DNA of 64,000 nucleotides from Octopus sinensis (lineage: Eukaryota): the NCBI RefSeq assembly GCF_006345805.1, contig NC_043005.1, positions 63,054,001 to 63,118,000 of the forward strand, read 5' to 3'. The notes beneath the pieces are model-generated. The model was not told the origin of the DNA, made no database searches, and was given only the letters and a program-made list of their open reading frames with translations. Numbering within the stretch: position 1 is the stretch's first letter; the number at the start of each line of letters is the position of its first letter. The position numbers and the translations under genes were made by a program. Shown here piece after piece: positions 53,086-64,000 of this stretch.

Positions 53086-53722
53086 GTTATCGCCATACTA
53101 ATATGGCATTCTTATAAAAATAAGAAAAAAGCTGTCCGCTTATTAGCTCCATGAGGCCATCGCCTTAAGTTAGCTATTTGATACACAAACTGTATCCATA
53201 TAACCTTCGAACAAGGGAGGTCAGTCGCTCCACACTACTTGACCGGCAGCTACAGACGCATTTCGGGGTATTGCCCCTTTTCAATGCAGCGTAGCCAGCC
53301 AGTAGGTGTCGCTTCCGACAATCTCTGTTCGATGGTTTTATTTACCTAGTTTCGGTGGAATACATCCACTTGTTTTCAATAATAGAATATTAAAATAACT
53401 AAGTCTCTCTAAAAGAGAACAGCGGCAGCGTTCCCGGAAAATAATAGTTATCGCCATACTAATATGGCATTCTTATAAAAATAAGAAAAAAGCTGTCCGC
53501 TTATTAGCTCCATGAGGCCATCGCCTTAGTTAGCTATTTGATACACAAACTGTATCCATATAACTTTCGAACAAGGGAGGTCAGTCGCTCCACACTACTT
53601 GTAGCTGCCGGTCAAGTAGTGTGGAGCGACTGACCTCCCTTGTTCGAAGGTTATATGGATACAGTTTGTGTATCAAATAGCTAACTTAAGGCGATGGCCT
53701 CATGGAGCTAATAAGCGGACAG

Positions 53723-53729
<7 letters not shown>
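53083..53729 (-). mobile_element. PLE pseudo-LTR / non-LTR retrozyme-like element: 361-nt unit, partial tandem copy and inverted tail
   Basis: 53083-53443 is the unit. 53444-53601 repeats its first ~158 nt (one substitution, one 1-nt deletion). 53600-53729 is the reverse complement of 53125-53254. (TA)n flanks both sides. Confidence 0.85.
53249..53290 (-). ncRNA. Minimal type I hammerhead ribozyme, U3:A8 core variant
   Basis: GCUGCA-UUGAAAA-GGGG caaua CCCC-GAA-AUGCGU-C/UGUAGC. Stem I 6 bp, stem II 4 G-C bp, self-complementary stem III, GUC cleavage triplet. Confidence 0.75.
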
Positions 53730-53769
<40 letters not shown>

Positions 53770-53775
<6 letters not shown>

Positions 53776-53960
53776 GTATATATATATGTATGTATGTTTG
53801 TATGTATATGTATATATATGTATGTATGTATCATCATCATCACCATTTAACTTTTGCTTTCCATGCTGGCAAGGGTTGGATGATTTCAAAGGAGCTGGCA
53901 AGCCAGGAGATTGTGCAAGCTCTACTGTCTGCTTTGGCATGGTTTTTATGGCTGGATGTC
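53770..53960 (-). mobile_element. 3' part of the (GAT)n-tailed SINE family
   Basis: CATCATCATCACCATTTAAC...TTTCCATGCTGGC...GGCTGGATGTCCTTC. Confidence 0.75.
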
Positions 53961-54019
53961 CTTCATAAATCCCTTCCTATATTTATGTATATATTCAATA
54001 TATTTATACATATACCTAC

Positions 54020-54051
<32 letters not shown>

Positions 54052-54329
54052 ATGCAGATATATATATAAATATACAATATAACTAGACACACACACACAC
54101 TCTTATGCACATATATAATCAGTAACAACATTACTTCTGTCTTTTCCTATGATGGCATGAGTTTGATGAAACTATATTGAGACAGATTTTATTAGGGTAA
54201 ACCCTCTTTCTGTTCCCAACCCTTAACCTTTACTTGCTTTGTTTTACATGTAAAGTTTCCACCTGCCCAATCACCAGGTGTTTACCGAACTATGTTAACA
54301 TTCCTCAAGTAATAAAATTATCAGCATCT

Positions 54330-54850
54330 GACAAGCTATAGAAAATTTAGAGAACACCACAACTGTCATATGACCTTTAAACTACACTTGTTTCCAACTA
54401 CAATAGAATCTGTTCTGCTCAACAGCTCTGAATGCTGTTCTCTTATGCTGGCCCAACAGTGATCACTAGATGGTGCCTATACTTGATTTCTACAAAAGGC
54501 CTTCAACATCACTTATACCAACCTTATATCAAGCAAATCAATATATAGTTAGTTCTTTACTACCATTCAGTTAGACAATCAAATAAAGAGCAAAAATTCG
54601 ATGGCCACTGTTTTCATCAAACAGCTCAACCTGTCATTGTGTTTTTTTCCTATAACCCCATGAAGATGCTTGGTTATCAGGCCAATATGATGTGTGTGTC
54701 TATGAACTTATGGTGGGACACAGGAGTGTGCACTGTCTCAAGTGTGCAATGACATCTTGCACACCTGAAGGGAAGTTTGTTCTTGAGTTGGAGCCACAGT
54801 TTATGAGTGATATGGTGTAGTCTAAGTAGATGAACTACAGAGGCATTTTT
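54330..54850 (+). mobile_element. Decayed RTE C-terminal remnant
   Basis: KLHLFPTTIESVLLNSSEC...SLDGAYT (KLRLFRATVESVLLYGSETW...LDGCYT). Confidence 0.7.
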
Positions 54851-55648
54851 TCTTTAATCAGAGAAAGCAAAGTATGTCACTGTCTTTCATTTATGTGGGG
54901 TACATAGGACAACATGCTGAATTGGCTGCTATGCATACATGATACATACACCAAACACAAACACATACACACACACACACATACAAACTCACACACATAT
55001 ACAAATGTGTGTGTGCACGTGTGTATTGTAAGCATGTATATGTACAGCTGCTTTGTGCTAAGTAAATAATACTAACCCTCACTATGTCTGTCTTCTAAAA
55101 CATTAATCATGATTAACTAAGACAGCTCTATGGCAGCTTGGATAGTTGACCTTCTTTGTCTCAAAGATATAAAAACCATAATTCTCCTTTGCTCTTTTTT
55201 TTCTCAACTTCACTGATAAATATAAAAATAAAAAACCCTACCTTCCATTCTAAATTGCTATAAAAAGGATTCTTTCTGTAAATTACACACAGTTGTGTAT
55301 TCACCCTGTCAATTAACATATGTTTTTATACAATACTGAAATGAATTACAATATTCCTCTGAAGATCTGGCATTTCGATCCTATTATACAATCTATCAGA
55401 GTTCATTAGTGAAACACATGTAAATAATATCATTCATGATGTAAAAAAACCCCACTTTAACAAACTCTCCTGTTTCATCCTACCTTCGAATATACACACC
55501 GCAGATTACTCAAATGTATATATCAAATGAAAATTTGAAGACAAATAATATTTCATACCTAATCAGAATCTAGGTATACAAGAATTTCCAAGGAGTTCTA
55601 AACATTGGTTAATTGTTGTGCTATCTCAGTTGAAACAACTCTACTTAA

Positions 55649-55682
<34 letters not shown>

Positions 55683-55926
55683 ACACATACACATACATAT
55701 ATATAGGCCTATGCACTACATGATTCCTCAGTTTCCACTTTCTACACTCACTCAGATGGCATTAGTTGGCCTATGACTATAGTGGAAGTCATTTACTTAA
55801 GATGGCTTTTGGTGGGACTGAAACACAATCCACATGGTTCCAAGCAATGCTGTATGAATGTATGTGTGTGTATGTGTATTTGTGTGCATCATTGTTTATG
55901 TTCTATAACTTAGTATATGACAAATA

Positions 55927-56342
55927 GGCGCAGGAGTGGCTGTGTGGTAAGTAGCTTGCTAACCAACCACATGGTTCCGGGTTCAGTCCCACTGCGTGGC
56001 ATCTTGGGCAAGTGTCTTCTGCTATAGCCCCGGGACCAATGCCTTGTGAGTGGATTTGGTAGACGGAAACTGAAAGAAGCCTGTCGTATATATGTATATA
56101 TATATATATGTGCGTGTGTGTGTTTGTGAGTCTGTGTTTGTTCCCCTAGCATTGCCTGACAACCGATGCTGGTGTGTTTACGTCCCCGTTACTTAGCGGT
56201 TCGGCAAAAGAGACCGATAGAATAAGTACTGGGCTTACAAAGAATAAGTCCCGGGGTCGATTTGCTCGACTAAAGGCGGTGCCCCAGCATGGCCGCAGTC
56301 AAATGACTGAAACAAGTAAAAGAGTAAAAGAGAGTAAAAGAG
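55927..56342 (+). mobile_element. ~410-bp SINE, apparently the youngest copy (CpGs retained)
   Basis: GGCGCAGGAGTGGCTGTGTGG...GGTTCAGTCCC head with (GAGTAAAA)n tail. Confidence 0.95.
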
Positions 56343-56619
56343 ATATTGAAATGATAAGTAGAAAATTTTCAAATGTTCTGGAGTCAATATAAAGAATTAA
56401 TAAACTCTTTCAGTTGGTACCCTCCACATAACCATTGTCCAATGGACTGAAACAAATAAAAGAATATGAAAATATGACAGACATATGAATTAGATAATCT
56501 AATTGTCGAGTATTTCATAGCATAATTGTGTTAAGTATAAATTTGTTCAAGCTGTTGTAGAGTGGAAGTGGCAACCATTTCATCATATATATCAATGGTG
56601 TTAATCACCCATTGTTAAA

Positions 56620-57028
56620 CACATCCAATCAGGAAAAGCCCCAACTCAACTCGTCCTGTCGAAAGACCCTTGTCCTACGTCCTGGTTTTGTTTTGTTTTT
56701 TATCTTTACCATTATTGTTTTTACGTTTTTGTATTCTTATTGGTGTCACGTATTCTGTATTTTTGTTCGTGTACTCCGTTCGTTTTCGTCCTCGTGTTGT
56801 ATACATTCGAAGCTTTCTTCCAAGGGATCTAATGCGCTTGGCTTAGATTTTCCTTTGGGAGGCTGCCCAGATCGGAGCAATCTCAAGATTAATCAGCCGA
56901 AATTGCGAAGATGATCTGGTTCTTGACTGATGACTGAGGGCTTCGAATGTCCCGTCCTGTGGTTCTTGTGTCGTCTCTTTGGTGTTTCATGTTCTTGTCC
57001 ATGTCTGTATTTATTTTTTACTGTTTAC

Positions 57029-57030
<2 letters not shown>
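56620..57030 (+). mobile_element. PLE-end-like dispersed repeat
   Basis: CpG-rich relative to flanks. CTGATGA...TCGAATGTC motif, pyrimidine-rich tail running into (TA)n. Confidence 0.55.
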
Positions 57031-57153
<123 letters not shown>

Positions 57154-57410
57154 AGAGAATACTTGCAAATGATTCAACTTCTTGAAATATTAAATTTGTA
57201 GAAATGACATTACTTAATTGAGTAAAACATTATTTGGAGAGCAGTAACTCCTTCAATAAAAATGTAACTGAAATCTGATTCAGATATACATTTAAAAAGA
57301 AATATTGAAGATTTCAGGAATACAATGCTTTCTTAATGCTGTAAATGTCTGTATTTATTATATTCACTTCAGAAGGATTGAAAGGCACAGATGGTCTCAG
57401 AGGGACTCAC

Positions 57411-57468
57411 ACTCATAATATAAATCAATGCAACTAAATGCCACATGAGTCCAACTGATTCCAGCCAA
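57411..57468 (-). CDS. Candidate 58-nt exon (LAGISWTHVAFSCIDLYYE or WLESVGLMWHLVALIYIMS)
   Basis: Acceptor tattatttcttcag and donor AGT|gtgagt. Two frames are open. Confidence 0.25.
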
Positions 57469-57669
57469 CTGAAGAAATAATATTGACCTTAGAAATAATC
57501 ATAAGAACAGTAAAGTTTTGAAATTATATATTCAAAGATCACACTGTTTTATTTTTGATGAGGCAGAAGCCAGGTTTTGTAGTTAACATGTATAGCTTAT
57601 TGGATCAACTCTATTATAATCCAACAATATAATGGTTTGAGTGTTGCACTCAGAAGCAAAATCATCATT

Positions 57670-58160
57670 TCAATTCCAGATTGATGATGTGATGTGTTGT
57701 TGAGCAAACCATTTCCTTTCATGTTGCTCCAGTGTACTCAGTTGAAAATGGGTAATACTGCCATGGAATGGTGTTCTGTTTAAGGAGAATATTGGCCTGC
57801 TTGTCTGCCTAGCCAATGGGGTGGCGAGTGACATCATTTGAAAGCTACCACAATGTAAGGAAGTGCATTGTGACCAGCAGTGTATAACAAAATCTGATAG
57901 TCTAGTCAATAGATAAAGTTAGGTAATGTTACCCTCTTGAGTGATACTGACTCATAAGGACTGGTTTCCTAGTTTCATGGCGTATATATTCCCCACTTGG
58001 ATGGGACGCCAGTCCATCGCAGGATTAATCCTTTTTACCATTTCAACAGACAATGTGAATTAAAGTATTTTGCTCAAGAACATTTGTTGCTTGCCCTAGG
58101 AATCAAAACCACAATCTTATGATCATGAGTCCAACAACCACTAAGACACGTGCCTCCACA
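57670..58160. mobile_element. Two older SINE remnants (57670-57910 plus; 57930-58160 minus)
   Basis: CTCCAGTGTACTCAGTTGAAAATGGG core; TGGATGGGACGCCAGTCCATCGCAGG core with tRNA-like head at the right end. Confidence 0.6.
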
Positions 58161-58367
58161 ATAGCCTAGTCAATGCAGATAACAGCATTTATTTGACTGT
58201 TTCTGAAAGTATAGACTGTAAAATTCACTTCCATGAAGGTCTAACTCAGAAATTCGAATAATAAAATATTTCATCTGTTGTTTTATTGTTTCTGTCAGTT
58301 TTCCAGAGTAGATAATAGTGAGATTGAAAAGACTTAAGATGTATGGTTCAAAGATTATTATATTTCA

Positions 58368-59154
58368 TCTTTTCTTTTATTTGTTTCATTCATTAGACTC
58401 TGGCCATGCTGGGGCACCACCTTGAAGAATTTTAGTTGAATGAATCCACTCCAGTACTTATTTTTATAAAGCCTGGTACTTATTCTCTCAGCCTCTGTTG
58501 CCAAACCACTAAGTCATGGGGATGTAGACATACCAACACCAGTTCTCAAAGGGTGGGGGACAAACACAGACACAAAGACACACACACACACACACACATA
58601 TGTATATACAGTGAGCTTTGATCCATTTCTGTCAACCAAATCCACACACAGGGCTTTGGTCAGCCTGAGGCTATAGTAGAAGACACTTGCCCAAGATGTT
58701 ATGCAGTGGGACTGAACCAGAACCATATAGATAGAAAGTAAACTTCCTACCACATAGCACCACTCTTTTACTCTTTTACTTGTTTCAGTCATGTGACTAT
58801 GGTCATGCTGGAGCACCGCCTTTAGTCGAGTAAATCGACCCCAGGACTTATTCTTTGTAAGCCTAGTACTTATTCTATCAGTCTCTTATGCCGAACGACT
58901 AAGTTATGGGGACATAAACACACCAGCATCGGTTATCAAGTGATGTTGGGTGGGACAAACACAGACACACAAGCATACACACACACATATTTATACATAT
59001 ATACCACAGGCTTCTTTCAGTGAGCTTTGATCTGTTTCTGTCTACCAAATCCACTCACAAGGCTTTGGTTGGCCCGAGGTTATAGCAGTGGGACTGAACC
59101 CACAACCATATGGTCAGTAAGCAAGGTACTTACCACACAGTCACTCCTATGCCT
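58368..59154 (-). mobile_element. Two tandem ~410-bp SINEs (58368-58762, 58763-59154)
   Basis: Both are reverse complements of the main family. Confidence 0.9.
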
Positions 59155-60754
59155 ATGTTCATAAATTAAAAAATATTCTCTTTGAATGTTAGGTTGCATT
59201 CTAGACCAAGGCACATTAGTCTTTATTGTTTGAACCTATTTATGTGTAAAATGTATATGTTCCATTTGAGTTCCTGTTATGGAATGCATCCTATTATAAA
59301 CCCGTAGACATAGAGGCACCTGGTGCCTGCATATTTAAGTAGTCATTTCATTAGTTTACAGACTAGAACTGAAGGCCTCCATGGACTACATTCTTAGTGA
59401 ATAGATTCTGTCTTTTGAATTATTAGATAAGCAACATGAAATAGAAATAGCTTTCCTGTCAAAATGAGTTTGAAATTTGGTTCCCAATTGTAGCTATCTT
59501 GCTTCATTTTTCATTTCTGGTTTTCTTGGAAATGCTATGAACATTGATTGTGTAGCATTAATTTCCCCCAAGAAACACCAACTTTTATTCTTCACCAAAG
59601 AAGCTACTTCAGTGTGTTTGCCCAAAGACACTGTTATATCATAAAAAATTATGGCATTAATTATATACAGCACCAAAAGACAACAAAATTGAATACAATA
59701 AAAAAAGAATCATATAAAATGTCTGAATGTGTTTCTGTTATAATCCTTTTATTTATAATAATATGTGATAGCAAGAATACAATTGTGGTTAGTCTTGGCA
59801 AGAATTAGTTTGCTTAAAAACTGATGTTTGTTATTGAAGAGAAAAATCAATCTAATACCTAGAGCCTATCACTAGAGAAATTTTTTCCTGAAACATTAGA
59901 TAATTCTTTTTGTAACACTATACTGAAATACCTTAGATGTTTTGCTTTATATTTATAATTCAAATAATTTTGTTCTAACACTTTTTCTGAATAATTATTA
60001 ATGTTTGCAGCTCAGTCCCTATTAAAGCCTGCCTGAAATGTTGGACATCACATGGGCAAGTTGATGAAATATTGTGATTGAGCAGTAGGATAATTTACTC
60101 CTCTGCAGATCAAAAGATCAAAAGAGATGAGCAATGAATGGAAGTATGGACACAAATTTTGGGTTAACCAAGGTTGGGTAACCTGGGCAAAGGTATCTGG
60201 TTTTTGACATCACTAGTTATGTGTCCAGCTATTTCAGAGGACAATGTATGAAAAGATATTCCAATGAAACTGATTACCAAGAGTTTTATAAATCATAAAA
60301 GGAACCAAATAGACACTATCAGTATTAATACCACTCCAAAATAACAGGTTAAATTGACTGTATATTACGATAATATTGTAGAACATTATGCTCTAAGTTT
60401 GGGACATAACATTTAAAGTTCAAATTCTTCCAGAGTTGATAATAAAAGTACCAATTATATACTGGGATCATTTGGTTAATTAGAACTGTTGCTTTTAAAA
60501 CTGGTTTCAGGCCAAGTCAAAATTTATCAAAATTATTGTGCCATGTGGTAAATACTATAAGTAAAGATTGAAACCACCTGAGTCAGGTGATTTGCCTGGA
60601 CCAATAAAACACATTAATCCTTAGTCAACTCAACTGTCTCATCTGTGCATGTCATGTCTACAGATGATAGCAGTAGTTTTCTAACTGAACTGGTTGATCT
60701 TCACTGTTGACGGTTTGTTGTCTGTTCATCTGCTCAGCATTTAGAGATACTCAC

Positions 60755-60774
60755 CATTGACTCCCTAAGTTCTC
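60755..60774 (-). CDS. Candidate 20-nt exon (GELRESM or ENLGSQ)
   Basis: Acceptor ctattttaatag and donor ATG|gtgagt. Confidence 0.2.
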
Positions 60775-61229
60775 CTATTAAAATAGTTCATATCTACCAT
60801 ACTGCACCCCATGATTTCAATATATCCTGGCTTGGATGGTTACATGCTATTTAACCCATAAATAGTACACATAAGAGGTGCTACTACTCCAAGCCAGACT
60901 AGGCCTGGGAATAAGAGTGGCCAAGAGGGGGTTCTACATTTCTCAAAACCCTGGAACTCCTGAATCAGAGATCCACTATCAGATGCAGGTTAAATTCATA
61001 CCTAAGTAGCAAACCATAGTCCATTGTGAAGTTTTAGTTCCAAGAGAAGGCTTTTTTTTTACTTGGAGTGATAAAGATCTTTAACTCATTTACTGCAGAA
61101 ATCTGATATATCCATTTAAAATTTCATTACCCTTAACTGCAGGAAACAATTTTATTCAATCTATCTTTTGTAGAGAAATGTCATGTTTGAAATTGTTTTT
61201 TTGCTATGATATGAGAACTTCATGGCAGC

Positions 61230-61660
61230 AACATGACTTGCAAAGAATATTATTATTATGGCCCCATTCTAACCTGGGTTGCAACAACAATGTCCACTTA
61301 CCACACTTCTTGGTCCATCATCACTGCCTCGAGGTCCTGGATACATTCTAAGCCAGTGTCTGCAATCAAGTTGTCAATATATGACAACGTTGACTAAATT
61401 GGATGCTTCCAGTTCAGGGTTTGAGCATGCAGTGACCAGATAGTCACAGCTGACTTTGCTTGAACTTCTTGCTAATTTTTGGCAGGTCTCCATAAACACA
61501 TTCATTTGTCATATGTTGCTGCCATTTTACACTTAGGTCCATTTGTAGCATCATTATGTAGCATCCATATAGGCCATTTGATCATTACTTTGTCAGTGCC
61601 CATATTTCACTGCCATATAACAGTACTGATTCTACAGTTGCAATGAACAGCTTAATTTTT
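61230..61660 (-). mobile_element. Decayed RTE C-terminal remnant
   Basis: KIKLFIATVESVLLYGSEIWALTK. Confidence 0.8.
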
Positions 61661-62349
61661 AAAAAAAATTTGCAGAAATTACCAATTCTATTTTTTTGGT
61701 AGGTATTTAACTACTGGAATAACTATTGAAAGTTAATTTTGCAGTTAAAGGGTTTAGAAAAGTTTGAGCAAAACATATTCACCTTTTTTCAACTTAAAAC
61801 TACTTTCATACCATACTAAAAGAAATTTATTACCAACTCGTCATAACATTCATACATTCTATAAGCTTTAAACTTAACATTTCTTTTTTGGGTCAAAACA
61901 TAAGAAATAAATTGTAGAGGAAAAAAGTTTAGCACCGATATCAACAGTAATTTGATTGAGTAGGTCTCAGAATTAGATTTCCCTTCATTTCAAACAACTC
62001 ATTCAATATTATCAAAAATATGAAATAGTTTTCTCTTTTCAACCAAACCAAATTTCCTTTTCTCTTCACAAAAAGTTTTCTCAGTGAATAAGATGAATCT
62101 GTCTACACCTAATTAGTGTTACCTTCAGAGCTATGCATTTATTTTATTTATTTATTTATTTATTTATTTATTTTTTTTTTTACTTTATATAAACATGAAA
62201 ACTCAGATTTGAAAAGATAAGGAATAGGAAGTTCAAAACTTTATATTTTTCTACTGAAAATTATAGTATTACTCCATTTGTCAGTGTGTGAACTTCATCC
62301 CCACCACTCTCTCTTTAAACACACATTCATATATACATACATATATAAA

Positions 62350-62600
62350 TGCACATATATCCGTACATATATATATATAGGGAGAATTCACAAAAAAACA
62401 AACAAAAGACGAAGACAGGTGGTGTAGAAAACAAACAGATGTATTAGTATAATGCTCGGGAATTGAAAAAGTCTTTAACATTTTGAGCCTACACTCTTCC
62501 ACAGAAAAGAACACAGAAAGAAACAAGGAAAGAAAACAAATGTGTGTAGTGGTTAGTGATCTATCATGGCGAATGCTGACACACATACACACACGCATAT
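62350..62600 (-). mobile_element. PLE-end-like repeat, homologue of 14190-14486
   Basis: Reverse complement CTGTGGAAGAGTGTAGGCTCAAAATGTTAAAGAC...TAATACATCTGTTTG. Confidence 0.65.
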
Positions 62601-62616
62601 ATAGATTTATGCGTAT

Positions 62617-62658
<42 letters not shown>

Positions 62659-62777
62659 AGCTCAGCAAAATTTAGATTCAAATGAATAAGTTAGATGCAC
62701 CAGAATTTTGAATGGTGTTATCCATATAAATCCATGGGGTGATTATAATCAAAATAAGCAACAAGAATAACTTTGGT

Positions 62778-62870
62778 AATTTGGTACGATCGTTTCGCAC
62801 TACATCATTTTATTAAATGTTGTTAGCATTACAACAGTTTTAAAATGCTGAGCACTCATCAGCCATTAAT
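62778..62870 (-). ncRNA. Type I hammerhead ribozyme, canonical core, extended stem II
   Basis: AUUAAUGG-CUGAUGA-GUGCU...(long hairpin)...AGUGC-GAA-ACGAUCGU-A/CCAAAUUA. Stem III is a perfect 8-nt palindrome; GUA triplet. Confidence 0.7.
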
Positions 62871-63039
62871 AGAGGTTTTCCATTAATACATAATTTTCAT
62901 ATCAAGTGATAACCTTATATAGAAGTTAGATATATAGACAAAGATGTGGATTTAAATTTTAAGAAGATTTAAGGTAGTGGTGTTTATCAACTGACTGACT
63001 AATAATCAGTTGCTCTGAACTACTAGAAGGTTCTGAGAA

Positions 63040-63780
63040 GAATGGACAAATGAAAGGAGACAATAAAGATTTTCTATTTATAGAAATAGGGGTGAAATAG
63101 ATATCAAAGTTCCATATAAAGAAAAGGATTGTCACATTACAATGCCTATTATTACTATTTGGTAAACAGATTTAGCATTAGGAAAACTAGGTTAATGTCA
63201 AATGGTTATAATGACACTCATAGAGAATGCAGAGATTTTTATAAAACTAATATACATCAACATTAGCTGATAGGTTCTGAGTACTTTGATACGTTGGATT
63301 AAAGGAGAAATTATAGATCTAAAATTTATTCAATTTAGAGAAAAGTCTATCACTTATTATGAGTAGGCATAATACTTATTAATTGGGGAAAAAGTCTTAT
63401 TAGTCAAGTAAATATATTAGGGGTCCAAAATATATACTAGGAAAAATAGAAGAGGAAAAATCAAAGAAGAAAGGTATTCATAGGTTTAGTAGAAGGTGAT
63501 TTAATAATATGAAGAGAAGTAATTTAGAAGAGTAAATTATTCAGATTTCATAGATAGTGAGTTGTTATTAATGAATTAAAATATAGGATCTGTTGGAAAT
63601 AATATTTACTACTGCGGAGAAAGGTTAATTAGTTAGGTAAAAATATCTTAGGTTAATTATATATTAAGAAATGGAAGTGAGCTAATCAAGGTGAATCGAA
63701 TGGATCTTTTCCTTTTGATGGACGGAATTTTCTAGTTAACTAAACAATTTGAAACTTCGTATACTGGTAGAATGTGTCAA
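63040..63780 (-). mobile_element. Decayed PLE-like RT remnant (tentative)
   Basis: FFIWNFDIYFTPISINRKSLL resembles PLE FIQFDIxxFYPSIxxxLL. Lies upstream of the 62778-62870 hammerhead on the same strand. Confidence 0.35.
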
Positions 63781-64000
63781 AAGAAAACATTATTGTAAAC
63801 AAAATTGAAAACAAAATTGTAATTTGTAAGTTAAACGTAGTTTAATTCTTCGAATTTTAACCAATGAAATCCCAGCATTTGAGCTCAAATCATTTGCTGC
63901 GTCTAAAAACTCACACATACGCGTCTTATTCATCCTTCTGTCTTCTGTCTTCTGCATGTGCTAGAAATAACAGATATGTCTCTTAAATCGATGAATTTCG

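Noticed and set aside
56920-56955. CTGATGA...GAA hammerhead-like motif
   Set aside because: Stem II and stem I cannot be paired; at best a dead relic.

Overview
AT-rich, intron/intergenic-type eukaryotic DNA. The tRNA-headed SINE families and microsatellites point to an octopus (coleoid cephalopod) genome; this is inferred from recognising the repeats, not from a search. No long host CDS is visible, and nearly all ORFs in the supplied track are transposon remnants, antisense readings of them, or microsatellite artefacts. The window holds many SINEs plus decayed RTE, CR1, R4/Dong-like, Penelope-like (PLE), Gypsy, Tc1/mariner, hAT-MITE and Helitron-type elements. The main result is two hammerhead ribozyme motifs on the minus strand. 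One (53249-53290) has the compensatory U3:A8 core and lies in a 361-nt retrozyme/PLE-like tandem unit whose inverted tail starts at the predicted cleavage site. The other (62778-62870) has a canonical core and a long stem II. Other leads are a compact 3-exon orphan gene candidate (44509-45165, +), short phase-compatible minus-strand exon candidates including a 6-nt microexon, an inverted RTE, and a two-piece templated insertion. All alignments and translations were done by eye, and boundaries of decayed repeats are approximate.
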